A stretch of 64,000 nt of DNA from Dehalococcoidia bacterium (lineage in GTDB: Bacteria; Chloroflexota; Dehalococcoidia; SM23-28-2; RBG-16-64-32). Below, piece after piece: positions 32,126 to 42,449 of the stretch. The DNA lies in the NCBI GenBank assembly GCA_963665775.2, contig CAXXTF010000001.1:96001-160000 (forward strand), given 5' to 3'. The notes beneath the pieces were generated by a model, which was not told the DNA's origin, did no database searches, and saw only the letters and a program-made list of their open reading frames with translations. Each line of letters starts with the position of its first letter. Positions within the stretch are counted from its first letter, which is position 1. The position numbers and the translations under genes were made by a program.

Positions 32126-32839
32126 TCAATCCTCCCGGGCGAAGGTCAGGGCGAAAACGGGCCCGGCGCCGCCGTCCAGCAGAACACGGGCGCAGGCGTC
32201 CAGAGTGGCCCCGCTGGTCAGTACGTCGTCGACCAGCAGCACAGCCCCCTCCACCGCGGCCGGACCCAGCGCGAAAGCCGCGGCCACGTTCTGCCGCCTG
32301 GCCGCCTCGCCGGTGCTGCGGGCCTGGGGCATCGTCGACCGCCGGCGCACCAGCGCCCCCGAAGCCAGGGGCAGGCCGCTCAGCCGGGAGAGCTCTCGAC
32401 CCAACAGCTCCGACTGGTTGTAGCCGCGGAGCCGCCGCCGCTGCCCGGCCAGGGGTACCGGCACGATGACCCCCGCAGGTGGGACCCACTGACGAAGGCA
32501 CTCGGCCATGGGCAGGGCCATGCTCTCAGCCAGAGCGGAGAGCCCCCGATACTTGAGGGCGTTAACCGCCTCCCGGGTGGCGCCCTCAAAGACGAAGGGG
32601 CAGCGGGTAGCCTCAAGGTGGAACGCACGGTCGCGGCAGCGGTGGCAGGGGGCCTCCGGCTCTTGGCTCGGCACCCAGCAGGTCGGGCAGCGCGGTGGCG
32701 CCGCCCTCGGTAGCGTGGCCAGGCAGATCGCGCACAGGAAGGCGCCGGTCGCCGCGCAACCCACGCAGCGCCGCGGGAACACCACGTCCAGCGCCCGCTC
32801 CCAGAGGCCGCCGATCAGGGCCGACGGTTCCACACGCAT
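32126..32839 (-). CDS. ComF-family double Zn-ribbon/PRTase protein
   Basis: CxxC pairs, RGYNQS, LLVDDVLTSGATL. Confidence 0.92.
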   Translation of the reverse strand: MRVEPSALIGGLWERALDVVFPRRCVGCAATGAFLCAICLATLPRAAPPRCPTCWVPSQEPEAPCHRCRDRAFHLEATRCPFVFEGATREAVNALKYRGLSALAESMALPMAECLRQWVPPAGVIVPVPLAGQRRRLRGYNQSELLGRELSRLSGLPLASGALVRRRSTMPQARSTGEAARRQNVAAAFALGPAAVEGAVLLVDDVLTSGATLDACARVLLDGGAGPVFALTFARED

Positions 32840-32930
32840 CGCCGCGATATTAGCAGCGCCCGCGGCGCTCGACAAGGGGCGGTCGTGCCCTGCCGACGCT
32901 CCCGACCCTTGACAGGAGGGAGGAGAGAAC

Positions 32931-32945
32931 TGATACTTAGTATCG
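32931..32945. promoter_or_regulatory. Fur-family operator (7-1-7 palindrome) overlapping promoter
   Basis: TGATACT-T-AGTATCG vs Fur consensus TGATAAT-N-ATTATCA; TTGACA at 32909-32914. Confidence 0.7.
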
Positions 32946-32952
32946 ATACGTC

Positions 32953-33387
32953 ATGTCCCAGCTTCAATCTATCATCCAGCGCCTCGAGGCCAGCGGCTCC
33001 CGGCTGACCGCGTCCCGCCTGGCCGTATTGGCGGCCGTTATGGCCCAGAAAGGCCACTTCTCCGTGGAGGACGTGCTGCGTCGCTGCCCCAGCATCGGCC
33101 GGGCTACCGCGTTCCGAACGATGCGCCTCCTGGCGGAGATGGATATCGTTTGCCGAGTCCTGTTGGAGGACGGCAGCCTGCACTATCGGCTCTCGCGCCG
33201 CGGCCATCACCATCATCTGATTTGCCAGGCCTGTGGACGCGTCGAGGACCTGGATACCTGTATCGTAAACGACCTTGTGGAGGGGCTGTCGCGCTCGGCT
33301 GACTACGAGATCGACGGGCATTGGCTGGAGTTCTACGGCCGCTGCCGCACCTGTCGCAGTGTGGAAAAGGTCGCCGCGGCACAGTAG
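32953..33387 (+). CDS. Fur-family repressor (Zur-like)
   Basis: HHHHLICQACG and CRTC; heads a metal ABC operon. Confidence 0.9.
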   Translation: MSQLQSIIQRLEASGSRLTASRLAVLAAVMAQKGHFSVEDVLRRCPSIGRATAFRTMRLLAEMDIVCRVLLEDGSLHYRLSRRGHHHHLICQACGRVEDLDTCIVNDLVEGLSRSADYEIDGHWLEFYGRCRTCRSVEKVAAAQ

Positions 33388-33400
33388 CGATTTTTTCTGC

Positions 33401-34357
33401 ATGCAGATGAGACTACGTATCGAAAACCGCCTACCAACACCGCTGATGTTCGCCCTCCCCGTGGGCGCGGCCTCGATCCTCCTCGCCGCCTGCGGCAGCG
33501 CGGGCGGGGCATCCCCAGACGAAACCAATGGCAGCGCCCCAGCCCAGGTCAGGGTGGTGACCAGCCTTCCCCTGCTCGCTGATTTCGCCCGGCAAATAGG
33601 CGCCGCCCGGGTGGAAGTGGCCGCGCTGCTCCCGTCCGGGGCGGACCCGCACACGTTTCAACTCACCCCACGGGACGTACAGAGGATAACGGAGGCGGAG
33701 GTGGTGATCGTAAACGGTCTCGGCCTGGAGGCGCCGACACTACGCCTCATCGAGGCCAATTTGCAAAGCGACGCGACCCTGCTGCAACTGGCCGAGGAGG
33801 CCGTGGCGGCCGGGGCCGACTCTTTAGGCAACAACCCTCACCTCTGGCTGGACGTGGCGAACGCCCGCCTGTACGCCCACCTCATCAGGGACACCCTGGC
33901 GGAGGTCGATCCCCGGGGAGCGCAGGAGTACGAGACCAACTACCGGGGCTTTCTGGTAGAGCTGGATGACCTAGACCGATACGTTCGGGCGCAGGTCGCC
34001 GGTGTGTTGCCCGAACGGCGGAAGCTGGTGACCACCCACGACGCCTTTCCCTACTTGGCCCGCTACCTCGACTTTGAGGTGGTGGCTGTGGTCGCCCCTA
34101 GCCCGAACCAGGAGCCTAGCCCGCAAGACATCGCCGAGCTCGGCCGGGCCATCGGCCGGGAGGGCGTGGCGGCGGTCTTCGCCGAGCCGCAGTTGGGCTT
34201 CCAGGGAGAGATACTGACTCAGGCCGCCGCCGATGCCGGGGCGACGGTCTGCACCCTCTACGCTGATTCCCTGGACGACGAAGTGGAGAGCTACATCGAG
34301 ATGATGCGCTTCAACGCCCACGAGATCGCCCGCTGCCTGGAAGGGCGCGATGGCTAA
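33401..34357 (+). CDS. Zn/Mn ABC transporter substrate-binding lipoprotein
   Basis: LAAC lipobox, DPHTF, NPHLW, HDAFPYLA; start uncertain. Confidence 0.9.
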   Translation: MQMRLRIENRLPTPLMFALPVGAASILLAACGSAGGASPDETNGSAPAQVRVVTSLPLLADFARQIGAARVEVAALLPSGADPHTFQLTPRDVQRITEAEVVIVNGLGLEAPTLRLIEANLQSDATLLQLAEEAVAAGADSLGNNPHLWLDVANARLYAHLIRDTLAEVDPRGAQEYETNYRGFLVELDDLDRYVRAQVAGVLPERRKLVTTHDAFPYLARYLDFEVVAVVAPSPNQEPSPQDIAELGRAIGREGVAAVFAEPQLGFQGEILTQAAADAGATVCTLYADSLDDEVESYIEMMRFNAHEIARCLEGRDG

Positions 34358-35126
34358 ACAAGACGAAAACGGAGCGCCCGCAATAGAGGTGAGCGACGTG
34401 TGGGCCGGTTATGGACGGCAGGCAGCACTTGAGGGCGTCACCTTCTCCATAGAGCCCGGTTGCCTGGCTGGACTCGTGGGCCCTAACGGCTCCGGCAAAT
34501 CCACCCTCCTGCGGGTCATACTTGGCCTGCATAAACCATGGCGCGGCGCCGTCCACAGCTTCGGCGAACCTGCCGGTCAGCAGCGTGGACGGATCGGCTA
34601 CATGCCCCAATCGGAGCTGGTGGACTGGTCCTTCCCCGTTACCGGCCTGGATGTCGTCCTCATGGGCCGTTATGGACGCATCGGGCTCCTGCGAAAGCCC
34701 AGCCGCCGAGACCGGGAGATCGCCCTCGAGGCGCTGGAGCGGGTGCGTATGGCGGACCGGGCGCAACGGCGAATCAGCGACCTGTCCGGTGGCGAGCAGC
34801 GTCGCGTCCTCATCGCCCGCGCCCTGGCCCAGGAGGCGAATGTCCTACTCCTGGATGAGCCGTTCGCGGGGCTGGACGCCAGCGCCCAGCACGACCTTCT
34901 GGGCCTTTTCGACGACCTGCAGGGCGCCGGCCGCACCCTCTTCGTGGCCACCCACGATCTGTCCTGCGTGGCCAGCGCCTTCGATCACGCCGTCTTCCTG
35001 AACCGCAAGGTGATCGCCTTTGGACGGTTGCCCCAGGTGTTCACCGAGGAGATCCTCAACGAGACGTTTGAGCGTCATCTGCTGCTGGTCAACGTGGAAG
35101 GCAAGGTGTATGCCGCCCATAGATGA
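34350..35126 (+). CDS. Zn/Mn ABC transporter ATPase
   Basis: GPNGSGKST, LSGGEQRR, LLDEPF. Confidence 0.92.
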   Translation: MAKQDENGAPAIEVSDVWAGYGRQAALEGVTFSIEPGCLAGLVGPNGSGKSTLLRVILGLHKPWRGAVHSFGEPAGQQRGRIGYMPQSELVDWSFPVTGLDVVLMGRYGRIGLLRKPSRRDREIALEALERVRMADRAQRRISDLSGGEQRRVLIARALAQEANVLLLDEPFAGLDASAQHDLLGLFDDLQGAGRTLFVATHDLSCVASAFDHAVFLNRKVIAFGRLPQVFTEEILNETFERHLLLVNVEGKVYAAHR

Positions 35127-35988
35127 GGCCCTGGACATCCTGACGGAACCCTACGCCAGCGAGTTCATGCGTCGGGCCCTCATCGCCGCCGCCCTGGTAA
35201 GCGTGGTCGCCGCCGTGGTGGGCAGCTTCATCGTCCTCAAGGGGATGACCTTCGTGGGCGATGCCATTCCCCACGCCAGCTTCGGCGGCGTGGCCGTCGC
35301 CTTCGTGCTGGGGGCCAATCTGCAGCTCGGTGGCGCCATCGCCGCCCTCCTCGCCGCGCTGGCCGTCGGTTTCATCACCCGTAGAGGTTTCGTACGACAC
35401 GATACGGCCATCGGAATCATCCTCCTGGCCGGCTTCGCCCTCGGCATCCTCATCGTGAGCCGCCAGAGCGGCTATACCGTAGACCTGTTCAGCTTCGTCT
35501 TCGGCAATGTGCTGGCGGTGACCTGGACCGACGTCTGGATAATCGTGGGACTGGGCGGCCTGATTCTGGCCGTGATAGGCCTGTTCTATAAGGAGCTTCT
35601 CTTCACCGCCTACGACCCCAACATGGCCGCCGCAGCCGGGGTGCCCGTAGCGATAATCCACTACGCCCTTCTGGCCCTTGTGGGCCTTACCGTGGTCATC
35701 GGACTCCAGGTGATGGGGATCGTCCTGGTGCTGGCCGTCCTGGTGGCGCCGGCCGCCACGGCGCAGCTTCTGGCCCGCAGCCTGCCCGGCATGATGGCGA
35801 TAGGTTCTCTCGTCGGCGTCGCCTCCGCCCTTAGCGGCCTCTACATCGCCTGGTACGCCGACGTCTCCGCCAGCGCCGCCATCGTCCTGGTATCGACGGG
35901 GATATTTCTCGTCGCCTTCCTCCTGGCCCCAGACCACGGGCTACTGCGATCGCAGGGCCCCGCCATCGAAGACGTTGCCGCAGACTAA
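35110..35988 (+). CDS. Zn/Mn ABC transporter permease
   Basis: FMRRAL, GDAIPHA, FGNVLAV, PAATAQ. Confidence 0.92.
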   Translation: MPPIDEALDILTEPYASEFMRRALIAAALVSVVAAVVGSFIVLKGMTFVGDAIPHASFGGVAVAFVLGANLQLGGAIAALLAALAVGFITRRGFVRHDTAIGIILLAGFALGILIVSRQSGYTVDLFSFVFGNVLAVTWTDVWIIVGLGGLILAVIGLFYKELLFTAYDPNMAAAAGVPVAIIHYALLALVGLTVVIGLQVMGIVLVLAVLVAPAATAQLLARSLPGMMAIGSLVGVASALSGLYIAWYADVSASAAIVLVSTGIFLVAFLLAPDHGLLRSQGPAIEDVAAD

Positions 35989-36099
35989 GCATACGACAGA
36001 CCGGGAGCGGCGCCGAAGAAGGGCCAACGACCTCGTGACACCGGAGCGCTGGAGGGATTCCGTGCCGCCACATATAATGTTCGCGGGCACGCCCCTACA

Positions 36100-37161
36100 G
36101 TGGCGCGGCGTCAGCAGGCCGGAACGGCCGGGAAGGCAGCTCCAGTGGATGAGGTGATCCTCCGCTTGGAGGATCTCAGGGTCGAATTCGCCACCCCTGA
36201 TGGGATGGTCAAGGCCGTTAACGGCGTATCGCTATCGCTGAAGCGGGGAACGACCCTGGCGATCACGGGAGAAAGCGGCGCCGGCAAGACCTCCTTGGGT
36301 CTGGCCATAGTCAACCTCCTGCCGGCAGCCGGACGCATTGTGGACGGGCGCATCCACTTTCGGGATATGGACATCCTCTCGCTCTCCAAGGAAGAGTTGC
36401 GCCGTGTCCGGGGCCGCCAGATCGGCATGATCTTTCAGGACGCAACCACGAGCCTGAACCCGATTCTCTCTATCGGGCAGCAGGTCGAGGAGATGATCAC
36501 CACCCACATGGACGTGCCCCGGCGAGAGGCCAAGACGCGGACCCTCGATCTTCTGGCCCAGGTGGGCCTGCCCGATCCGGAAGAGGTAGTGAAACGCTAC
36601 CCCATGCACCTGTCAGGCGGCATGGCGCAAAGGGTGATGATAGCGATTGCTACGGCCCTGAATCCCGATCTCCTCATCGCCGATGAGCCGACCTCGGCCC
36701 TGGATGTGACGGTGCAGGCCGCGATCCTGGCTGAGCTAGCCCAATTGCAGCGGCGCCACGGAACATCGATTCTCCTCATCACCCACGACCTCGGGGTGGT
36801 TGCCCAGATGGCCGATGAAGTGGCCGTGATGTACGCCGGCTCCATCGTGGAGAGAGCTACCGTAACCACCGTGTTCGAGCGACCGCGCCACCCGTACACG
36901 TGGGCCCTCCTGGCCAGCCGGCCCCGTTGGGACATTGAGTCGCGCAAGCCCCTGCCATTGATACGCGGCGCCTCCCCTAACCTGACCCAGCTCCCCAGGG
37001 AGTGCGCGTACCTGCCCCGCTGCCCCAAGGCGACCAACATCTGCCGCATGGAGCCGGCGCCGCCGCTGGAGGAGCAGGAGCGCGACCATCCCGTCGCCTG
37101 CTATAACCCCGTATTCCACGATAGTGACGCCGACAGCGCAAGCGGCGGGGCAGACGACTAG
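36100..37161 (+). CDS. Oligopeptide/dipeptide ABC ATPase (OppD/DppD-like), orphan
   Basis: [27 protein letters not shown]-terminal Cys motif; start may be 36145. Confidence 0.9.
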   Translation: MARRQQAGTAGKAAPVDEVILRLEDLRVEFATPDGMVKAVNGVSLSLKRGTTLAITGESGAGKTSLGLAIVNLLPAAGRIVDGRIHFRDMDILSLSKEELRRVRGRQIGMIFQDATTSLNPILSIGQQVEEMITTHMDVPRREAKTRTLDLLAQVGLPDPEEVVKRYPMHLSGGMAQRVMIAIATALNPDLLIADEPTSALDVTVQAAILAELAQLQRRHGTSILLITHDLGVVAQMADEVAVMYAGSIVERATVTTVFERPRHPYTWALLASRPRWDIESRKPLPLIRGASPNLTQLPRECAYLPRCPKATNICRMEPAPPLEEQERDHPVACYNPVFHDSDADSASGGADD

Positions 37162-38162
37162 ACGGCCCGCGCAGGGGCCACGCCCAACGCCTGCACCAGG
37201 AGCTCCAGCGCCAGCTCCTCATCGTAGATTCCGCGCTTGATCGCCACATCGGCCTCCAAGAGGTGTCGATAGGCCCTTCGCACGCCCGACAGGGGATGAC
37301 GGGCGGCCTGCTCCAACAGCTTCTCCAGACCGTAGTGGGAGGCGCCGAGCTGCTGGCCGATGGCGCGCGAGGTGGCGCCGCCATCGAGCATCTCGCGGGC
37401 GATGGCCAGGCGACGGTATTGACGCTGCAGCATGGAGAGGACGTACGAGGCCTCTCTTCCTTGAGCGAAGAGCCGTCGAAGAAGCTTCAAAGCTGCTGAG
37501 GGCCTCCCCTCAACGATCGCATCGAGGAGGCCCCATATCTCTATATCGCCGGCGCTAACCAGGGCCCGCACGTCTTCCTCACGCACGGGCTGGCCGTTGG
37601 CGTAGGCGGCCAGCTTCTCCAGTTCGGCGGCCAGCGTCCACAGGTCGTTGTCGACCAGGCTGACCAGAAGGCTGACGGCGCGCCGGTCGATCCGCAGGCC
37701 CAGAGCCTGAGCGCGGCGCTGGATCCAGTCAGGCAGGGCGCCACGCTGAGGGGGACGGAACTGTCGAACCCGGCCCTTACCGCTGAGGGCGCTAAGAAGC
37801 GGGCCCCCGGACGGCACATCCCCATCCACGAGCACCAACGTCGTGGTGGCGGGCATCCTGTCAACGCAGTCGACCAGGGCCTGCCAGGGGCCCTCGTCCG
37901 CCGGCGCCGACGGCCGCCGCGAGCGCCTTCCCTGCGGGCCTCGACCCACGTGCTGAAGGAGCCCTTCGACGATGACCAGCCGCTGGGAGGAGGAGAAGGG
38001 TGCGCTTTCACAGGCCGCCACGACCTCCTGCGGCGTAACCTGCCGGCCGTCAAAGACCGAGGTGCCCGATTCCAGCATGCCGTCGCTGTCGAGTTCAGCC
38101 TTGAGCGCCCGCAGCGCCTCACGCTGGGAGAAGGAGTCCGGGCCGAAGAAGATGTGCAACAT
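37158..38162 (-). CDS. holA: DNA polymerase III delta subunit
   Basis: APF...RLVIVEG, ELEKLAAY, ADVAIKRG. Confidence 0.88.
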   Translation of the reverse strand: MLHIFFGPDSFSQREALRALKAELDSDGMLESGTSVFDGRQVTPQEVVAACESAPFSSSQRLVIVEGLLQHVGRGPQGRRSRRPSAPADEGPWQALVDCVDRMPATTTLVLVDGDVPSGGPLLSALSGKGRVRQFRPPQRGALPDWIQRRAQALGLRIDRRAVSLLVSLVDNDLWTLAAELEKLAAYANGQPVREEDVRALVSAGDIEIWGLLDAIVEGRPSAALKLLRRLFAQGREASYVLSMLQRQYRRLAIAREMLDGGATSRAIGQQLGASHYGLEKLLEQAARHPLSGVRRAYRHLLEADVAIKRGIYDEELALELLVQALGVAPARAV

Positions 38163-38223
38163 GCGGCCCAAGGGTAGCACAGGAGCGACGGAGCGGGACG
38201 ATCCCTCGGAAGGCCGAACGGGC

Positions 38224-39168
38224 TCAGGACGCTTCCGAGGACCTATACGCCACGATGGCGCGCCAGCCGTGATCCTCTAGCACCCGATCCAGGGCTAGGC
38301 CACCCTCCGCAAGGGCGCGGGAAAGCCCCTCGACGGCCTCCTCCAGGAAGCCGCTGGCGATGAGGCAGCCGCCGGGCCGGACGGCGCGGGCCAGGACGGG
38401 AGCCAGCCGCTCGATGGCCAGGCTACTGATGTTGGCCACGACCAGATCGAACGCCTCTCGGGGGGCGTCCGCCGCGCCCAGTGTGCCCTCGCCAGCCTGA
38501 ACGACCGCCTCCACGCCGTTGGCAGCGGCATTCTCGCGGGCGGCCTTGACGGCCAGAGGGTCGAGGTCGAGGGCCAGGACGCGGGCGGCGCCGAGCTTGG
38601 CGGCGGCGATAGCCAGGATGCCGGAGCCGGTGCCGAGGTCCAGCAGGCGCATACCGGGATGCAGCATCTCCTCCAGGGCGCGCAGGCACATCGCCGTGGT
38701 GGGGTGCTGACCGGTGCCGAACGCCATGCCTGGATCGATCTCGATAACGATCTCCCCGGCGCGGGGGGCGTAGCGGCTCCAGGACGGCTTGACGACGAGA
38801 TTGCGACCCAGCCGCTGCAGGCCGAAGTATCGCTTCCAGGAGTGGCGCCAGGACCGCTCGGCGAGACGGCGGGCGCGCCGCCATCGAGGCGGGCCCTGAA
38901 GGGGGGCCAGACTCAGGGCCAGGCGCAGGGAGCGACGGAGGCGAACGGAATCGGGGCCGGCGGGCAGGTATCCCTTTACCAGGGCGCGGGAATCGCCGTC
39001 CACTACATACCCCTCGCCGGAGGGATCGGGCCGGACGGTGGGCTCGATAGAGACGCCTCCTGGGCAACTCTGGCGGAAGATGTCGGCCGCCAGCTCGGAA
39101 TCGATGCCGGCCACCTGAACGGCGATCTCCAGCCAGTGGCCGGCTGCGAGGCCGGCAGAGGGAGCCAC
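38224..39168 (-). CDS. prmA: Ribosomal protein L11 methyltransferase
   Basis: DPGMAFGTGQHPTT, LDLGTGSGILAI; follows dnaJ; start approximate. Confidence 0.92.
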   Translation of the reverse strand: MAPSAGLAAGHWLEIAVQVAGIDSELAADIFRQSCPGGVSIEPTVRPDPSGEGYVVDGDSRALVKGYLPAGPDSVRLRRSLRLALSLAPLQGPPRWRRARRLAERSWRHSWKRYFGLQRLGRNLVVKPSWSRYAPRAGEIVIEIDPGMAFGTGQHPTTAMCLRALEEMLHPGMRLLDLGTGSGILAIAAAKLGAARVLALDLDPLAVKAARENAAANGVEAVVQAGEGTLGAADAPREAFDLVVANISSLAIERLAPVLARAVRPGGCLIASGFLEEAVEGLSRALAEGGLALDRVLEDHGWRAIVAYRSSEAS

Positions 39169-39172
39169 GACG

Positions 39173-40294
39173 CTAGCCGAGGGCGTCCTTGATCTTGCCC
39201 AGGAAGCCCTTGTCAGCGTCGGAAACGGGAGTGCCGAAGGTCTCCGCCAGGCGGTACAGAAGCTCTCGCTGCTCATCGTTGAGCTCGGTGGGGATAACGA
39301 TGCTTGTCCGCACCAGGAGATCGCCGCGGCCGCTGCCATGGAGGCGAGGGACGCCCTTGCCCTTCAGGACGAAGAGGCGTCCGTTCTGGCTGCCGGAGGG
39401 GATCTTCAGGGTGGCCGGGTCGCCATCCAGGGTCGGGATCTCAGCGGCGAAGCCCAGGGCGGCCTGAGCTGGGTTCATCTCCAGGTCGTAAACCAGGTCA
39501 TCGTCATCCCGCTGGAAGAGGGGATGCGGACGGACGTTGATGTTCACGTAGAGGTGGCCGGGGCTACCGCCGCTTGAGCCCACGTCGCCCTCACCGGAGA
39601 GGCGCATGCGGGAACCGTCGCTGATCCCGGCCGGGATGTTAACCAGGAGCGAGCGCTGCTCGCGCTGGCGTCCGGAGCCGCGGCAGTCCTTGCAGGGATT
39701 AGTGATGATGCGGCCCTCGCCGCGGCACTGGGTGCAGGTGGCAACGTTGACGAACTGGCCGAAGAAGGTGCGGCTCATCCGGCGGACCTGGCCGCTGCCC
39801 TCGCAGGTGGGGCAACGGGTGGCCTGGGCGCCCGGCTCGCTGCCGGAGCCGCCACAGCGGTTACAGCGCTCGACCCGTTCGATCTCGATCTCGCGCTCGC
39901 AGCCGAAAGCGGCCTCCTCGAAATCGATCTCCAGCTCCAGGCGACGGTCGGCGCCCCGCTGAGCCTGCTGTTGCCGGGTTGAGGTGCCGCCGCCGAAGAC
40001 GGCGTCGAAGATATCGCCGAAGCCGCCGAAATCGAACCCCTCGAAGGGGCGGCCGAACTCCATGCCCGTGAGGCCGGCGTGGCCAAAGCGGTCGTAGGCG
40101 GCCCGTTTCTCAGAGTCCGAGAGCACTTCGTAGGCCTCGCCGATCTCCTTGAACCTGGCCTCGGCGTCAGCCTCTTTATTGCGATCAGGGTGGTACTGCA
40201 TGGCCAGGCGACGGAACGCCTTCTTGATATCGTCCCCGGAGGCGCCCTGGGGGACGCCAAGCACCTCGTAGTAGTCACGCTTCGTTTGTGCCAT
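39173..40294 (-). CDS. dnaJ: Chaperone DnaJ
   Basis: HPD J-domain, G/F region, four CxxCxGxG. Confidence 0.97.
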   Translation of the reverse strand: MAQTKRDYYEVLGVPQGASGDDIKKAFRRLAMQYHPDRNKEADAEARFKEIGEAYEVLSDSEKRAAYDRFGHAGLTGMEFGRPFEGFDFGGFGDIFDAVFGGGTSTRQQQAQRGADRRLELEIDFEEAAFGCEREIEIERVERCNRCGGSGSEPGAQATRCPTCEGSGQVRRMSRTFFGQFVNVATCTQCRGEGRIITNPCKDCRGSGRQREQRSLLVNIPAGISDGSRMRLSGEGDVGSSGGSPGHLYVNINVRPHPLFQRDDDDLVYDLEMNPAQAALGFAAEIPTLDGDPATLKIPSGSQNGRLFVLKGKGVPRLHGSGRGDLLVRTSIVIPTELNDEQRELLYRLAETFGTPVSDADKGFLGKIKDALG

Positions 40295-40405
40295 ATCCAG
40301 ACCATTTTATCAGAGAATGAAGTCTAGACGTTAGGGGGTAAAGGCCCAAACCGTTTGACGCGCTGGCATGCTCCTTCTACAATGATACGGCGAGGTACCC
40401 TTTCC

Positions 40406-40594
40406 GTGCGAAGAGACCTGGTCGATATTCTGGCTTGTCCCGTCTGCAAAAGCCCCCTCAACCTCGACATCGAAGAGGAGACCGAGCAGGAGGTCGTGAG
40501 CGGTCACCTGACCTGTCAACAGTGCTCCGAGCGTTATCCCATCGAGGACCGTATTCCCAACCTTCTGCCCCCAGAGCTACGCCACAGCAGCTAA
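40406..40594 (+). CDS. Trm112-like protein
   Basis: DILACPVCKSPL...C..C..RYPIEDRIPNLLP. Confidence 0.88.
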   Translation: MRRDLVDILACPVCKSPLNLDIEEETEQEVVSGHLTCQQCSERYPIEDRIPNLLPPELRHSS

Positions 40595-40604
40595 GAGGTT
40601 CGCC

Positions 40605-40829
40605 ATGGAGAAGTCCCAGACCACCGGCCTCATCATCATGATCGTGGCCGTCTTTCAGATGGTCGTGTTCCTCTGGGCGGCGCTCCGTCGTAGCTACCTG
40701 GCGTTGGCCGTGCCCGTCCTGAGTGCCCTCGCCGCCATCACCGCCATCGCCTTCTGGATCGGCTGGACGATGTTCACCGACGAAGGTGAGGCGGCGGAAG
40801 AGACCACGGAGGAGCCGCCCGCGGCCTAG
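40605..40829 (+). CDS. Small two-TM membrane protein
   Basis: SD GAGG, two hydrophobic helices, acidic tail. Confidence 0.65.
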   Translation: MEKSQTTGLIIMIVAVFQMVVFLWAALRRSYLALAVPVLSALAAITAIAFWIGWTMFTDEGEAAEETTEEPPAA

Positions 40830-41362
40830 CCCGCTGGGCGAAACGCTTCTCCCCTCGGTCCCGCCGGCCCGGCCCATTTCGCTCCGGCAATCCGCCGCAC
40901 CCCCTCCTCACTCGCCGCTTCACACAGCTCCCGCATCGTCCGGCCCAGAGCGGGATGCTGCAATTCCGCCGCGATCTCCGCCAGCGGCATCAGCACGAAG
41001 GCACGCTCTGCCAGGAGCGGGTGGGGGATGGCCAGCCCATCCTCGTCCAGGAGGCGCTCCTCGTAAAGCAGGATATCCAGATCGATGGGCCGCGGCCCCC
41101 AGCGCTCCCCCCCCGGCCGCCGGCCGATCTCCTGCTCCAGGCTCTGCAGGAAGCGCAGGAGCGGTCGTGGCTCGAGCCCCACCTCGACGCGGCAGACGGC
41201 GTTGTAGAAGGGCGGCTGCCGCGGGCCGCCGGCCGGTTCGGCTTCGTACAGCGACGAGACGGCCTCCAGCCGGGCCATGCGGCTAAGGCCGCGCAGAGCC
41301 ATGCGCAGGTTCGCCTCGCGGTTTCCCAGGTTCGCACCCAGCCCCAGGTAGACGGTCGCCAC
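40826..41362 (-). CDS. folK: HPPK
   Basis: YLGLGANLG, WGPRPIDLDIL, IPHP..AERAFV. Confidence 0.95.
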   Translation of the reverse strand: MATVYLGLGANLGNREANLRMALRGLSRMARLEAVSSLYEAEPAGGPRQPPFYNAVCRVEVGLEPRPLLRFLQSLEQEIGRRPGGERWGPRPIDLDILLYEERLLDEDGLAIPHPLLAERAFVLMPLAEIAAELQHPALGRTMRELCEAASEEGVRRIAGAKWAGPAGPRGEAFRPAG

Positions 41363-41411
41363 TAGTCGCTCCCTCTGCGGCTCATCTGGTACCAGCCCGA
41401 CGTCCCAGCGC

Positions 41412-42254
41412 TCACTGGCGGCGCCACCCGCGCACTACCGCGTCCGCCATCCGGGCCACCCGCGCCATCTCCTTTACGTCATGCACGCGGACGATATCAA
41501 CGCCATTGGCGATAGCAAGCGCCACGGTGGCCGCCGTCCCTTCCAGCCGCTCCTCCACCGGCAGGCCCAGCACCGTCCCGATGGTGGACTTGCGAGAGGT
41601 GCCGACGAGAATCGGACGGCCCAGGGCCCGCAGCTCGCTTAGCCGCCGCAGCATCTCCAGCGCCTGCTCCTCCGTCCAACCGAAGTTGAACCCCGGGTCC
41701 ACGATGACCCGCTCCTCCGGCAACCCCTGCTCCCGGGCGACGCGCAGGCTCTCCAGCAGGCCGGCCACCACATCGGCGATGACGTCGTGGTAGTCGCGGC
41801 CCCGCTGGTTATGCATGGCCACCGCCGGCGCTCCGAACTCCGCCGCCGCCCGCGCCACGCCCGGCCCCCGGCGAAACCCTTCAACATCGTTCACCAGGTG
41901 CGCTCCCGCCGAAAGGGCGGCCCGCGCTACCTCCGCCTTCGACGTATCGATGCTGATAGGCAGATCGATCTCTCGCACCAACCGCTCTATGACCGGCACG
42001 GTGCGCCTGATCTCCTCCTCCACCGGGATGGGCTGAAAGCCGGGCCGCGTCGACTCTCCCCCCACATCGACGATGTCCGCCCCTTCGCGAGCCATCGCTA
42101 CGGCCCGGCGCAGCGCAGCGTCGACGTCCGTCACGCCGTCCCCCGAAAAGGAGTCCGGGGTCACGTTCACTATCCCCATGATGTATGTGCGTCGACCCCA
42201 GACGAACTCTCGGCCGCGTATGGCGATGCTCTCCGGATGAGCTAGCCGCTGCAC
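41412..42254 (-). CDS. folP: Dihydropteroate synthase
   Basis: NVTPDSFS, GGESTRPG, SRKS, RVHDV. Confidence 0.96.
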   Translation of the reverse strand: MQRLAHPESIAIRGREFVWGRRTYIMGIVNVTPDSFSGDGVTDVDAALRRAVAMAREGADIVDVGGESTRPGFQPIPVEEEIRRTVPVIERLVREIDLPISIDTSKAEVARAALSAGAHLVNDVEGFRRGPGVARAAAEFGAPAVAMHNQRGRDYHDVIADVVAGLLESLRVAREQGLPEERVIVDPGFNFGWTEEQALEMLRRLSELRALGRPILVGTSRKSTIGTVLGLPVEERLEGTAATVALAIANGVDIVRVHDVKEMARVARMADAVVRGWRRQ

Positions 42255-42449
42255 GTTCCACCTCGCGCTATAATGGCCCTGATTTCAGGCGGGCGAACCG
42301 CATTATATCGCGAAAGGAATGCTCATGCCTTCCCGCCACTCAGATCCGGGCCTAGACCCCGAAGCGGTTAACCACCGCCATCTCTCCCCTGCGCTGAGAC
42401 CGGCAACATTGGACGGTCAGCCGCTCCGACGCCTAATATAAGTCACGTA

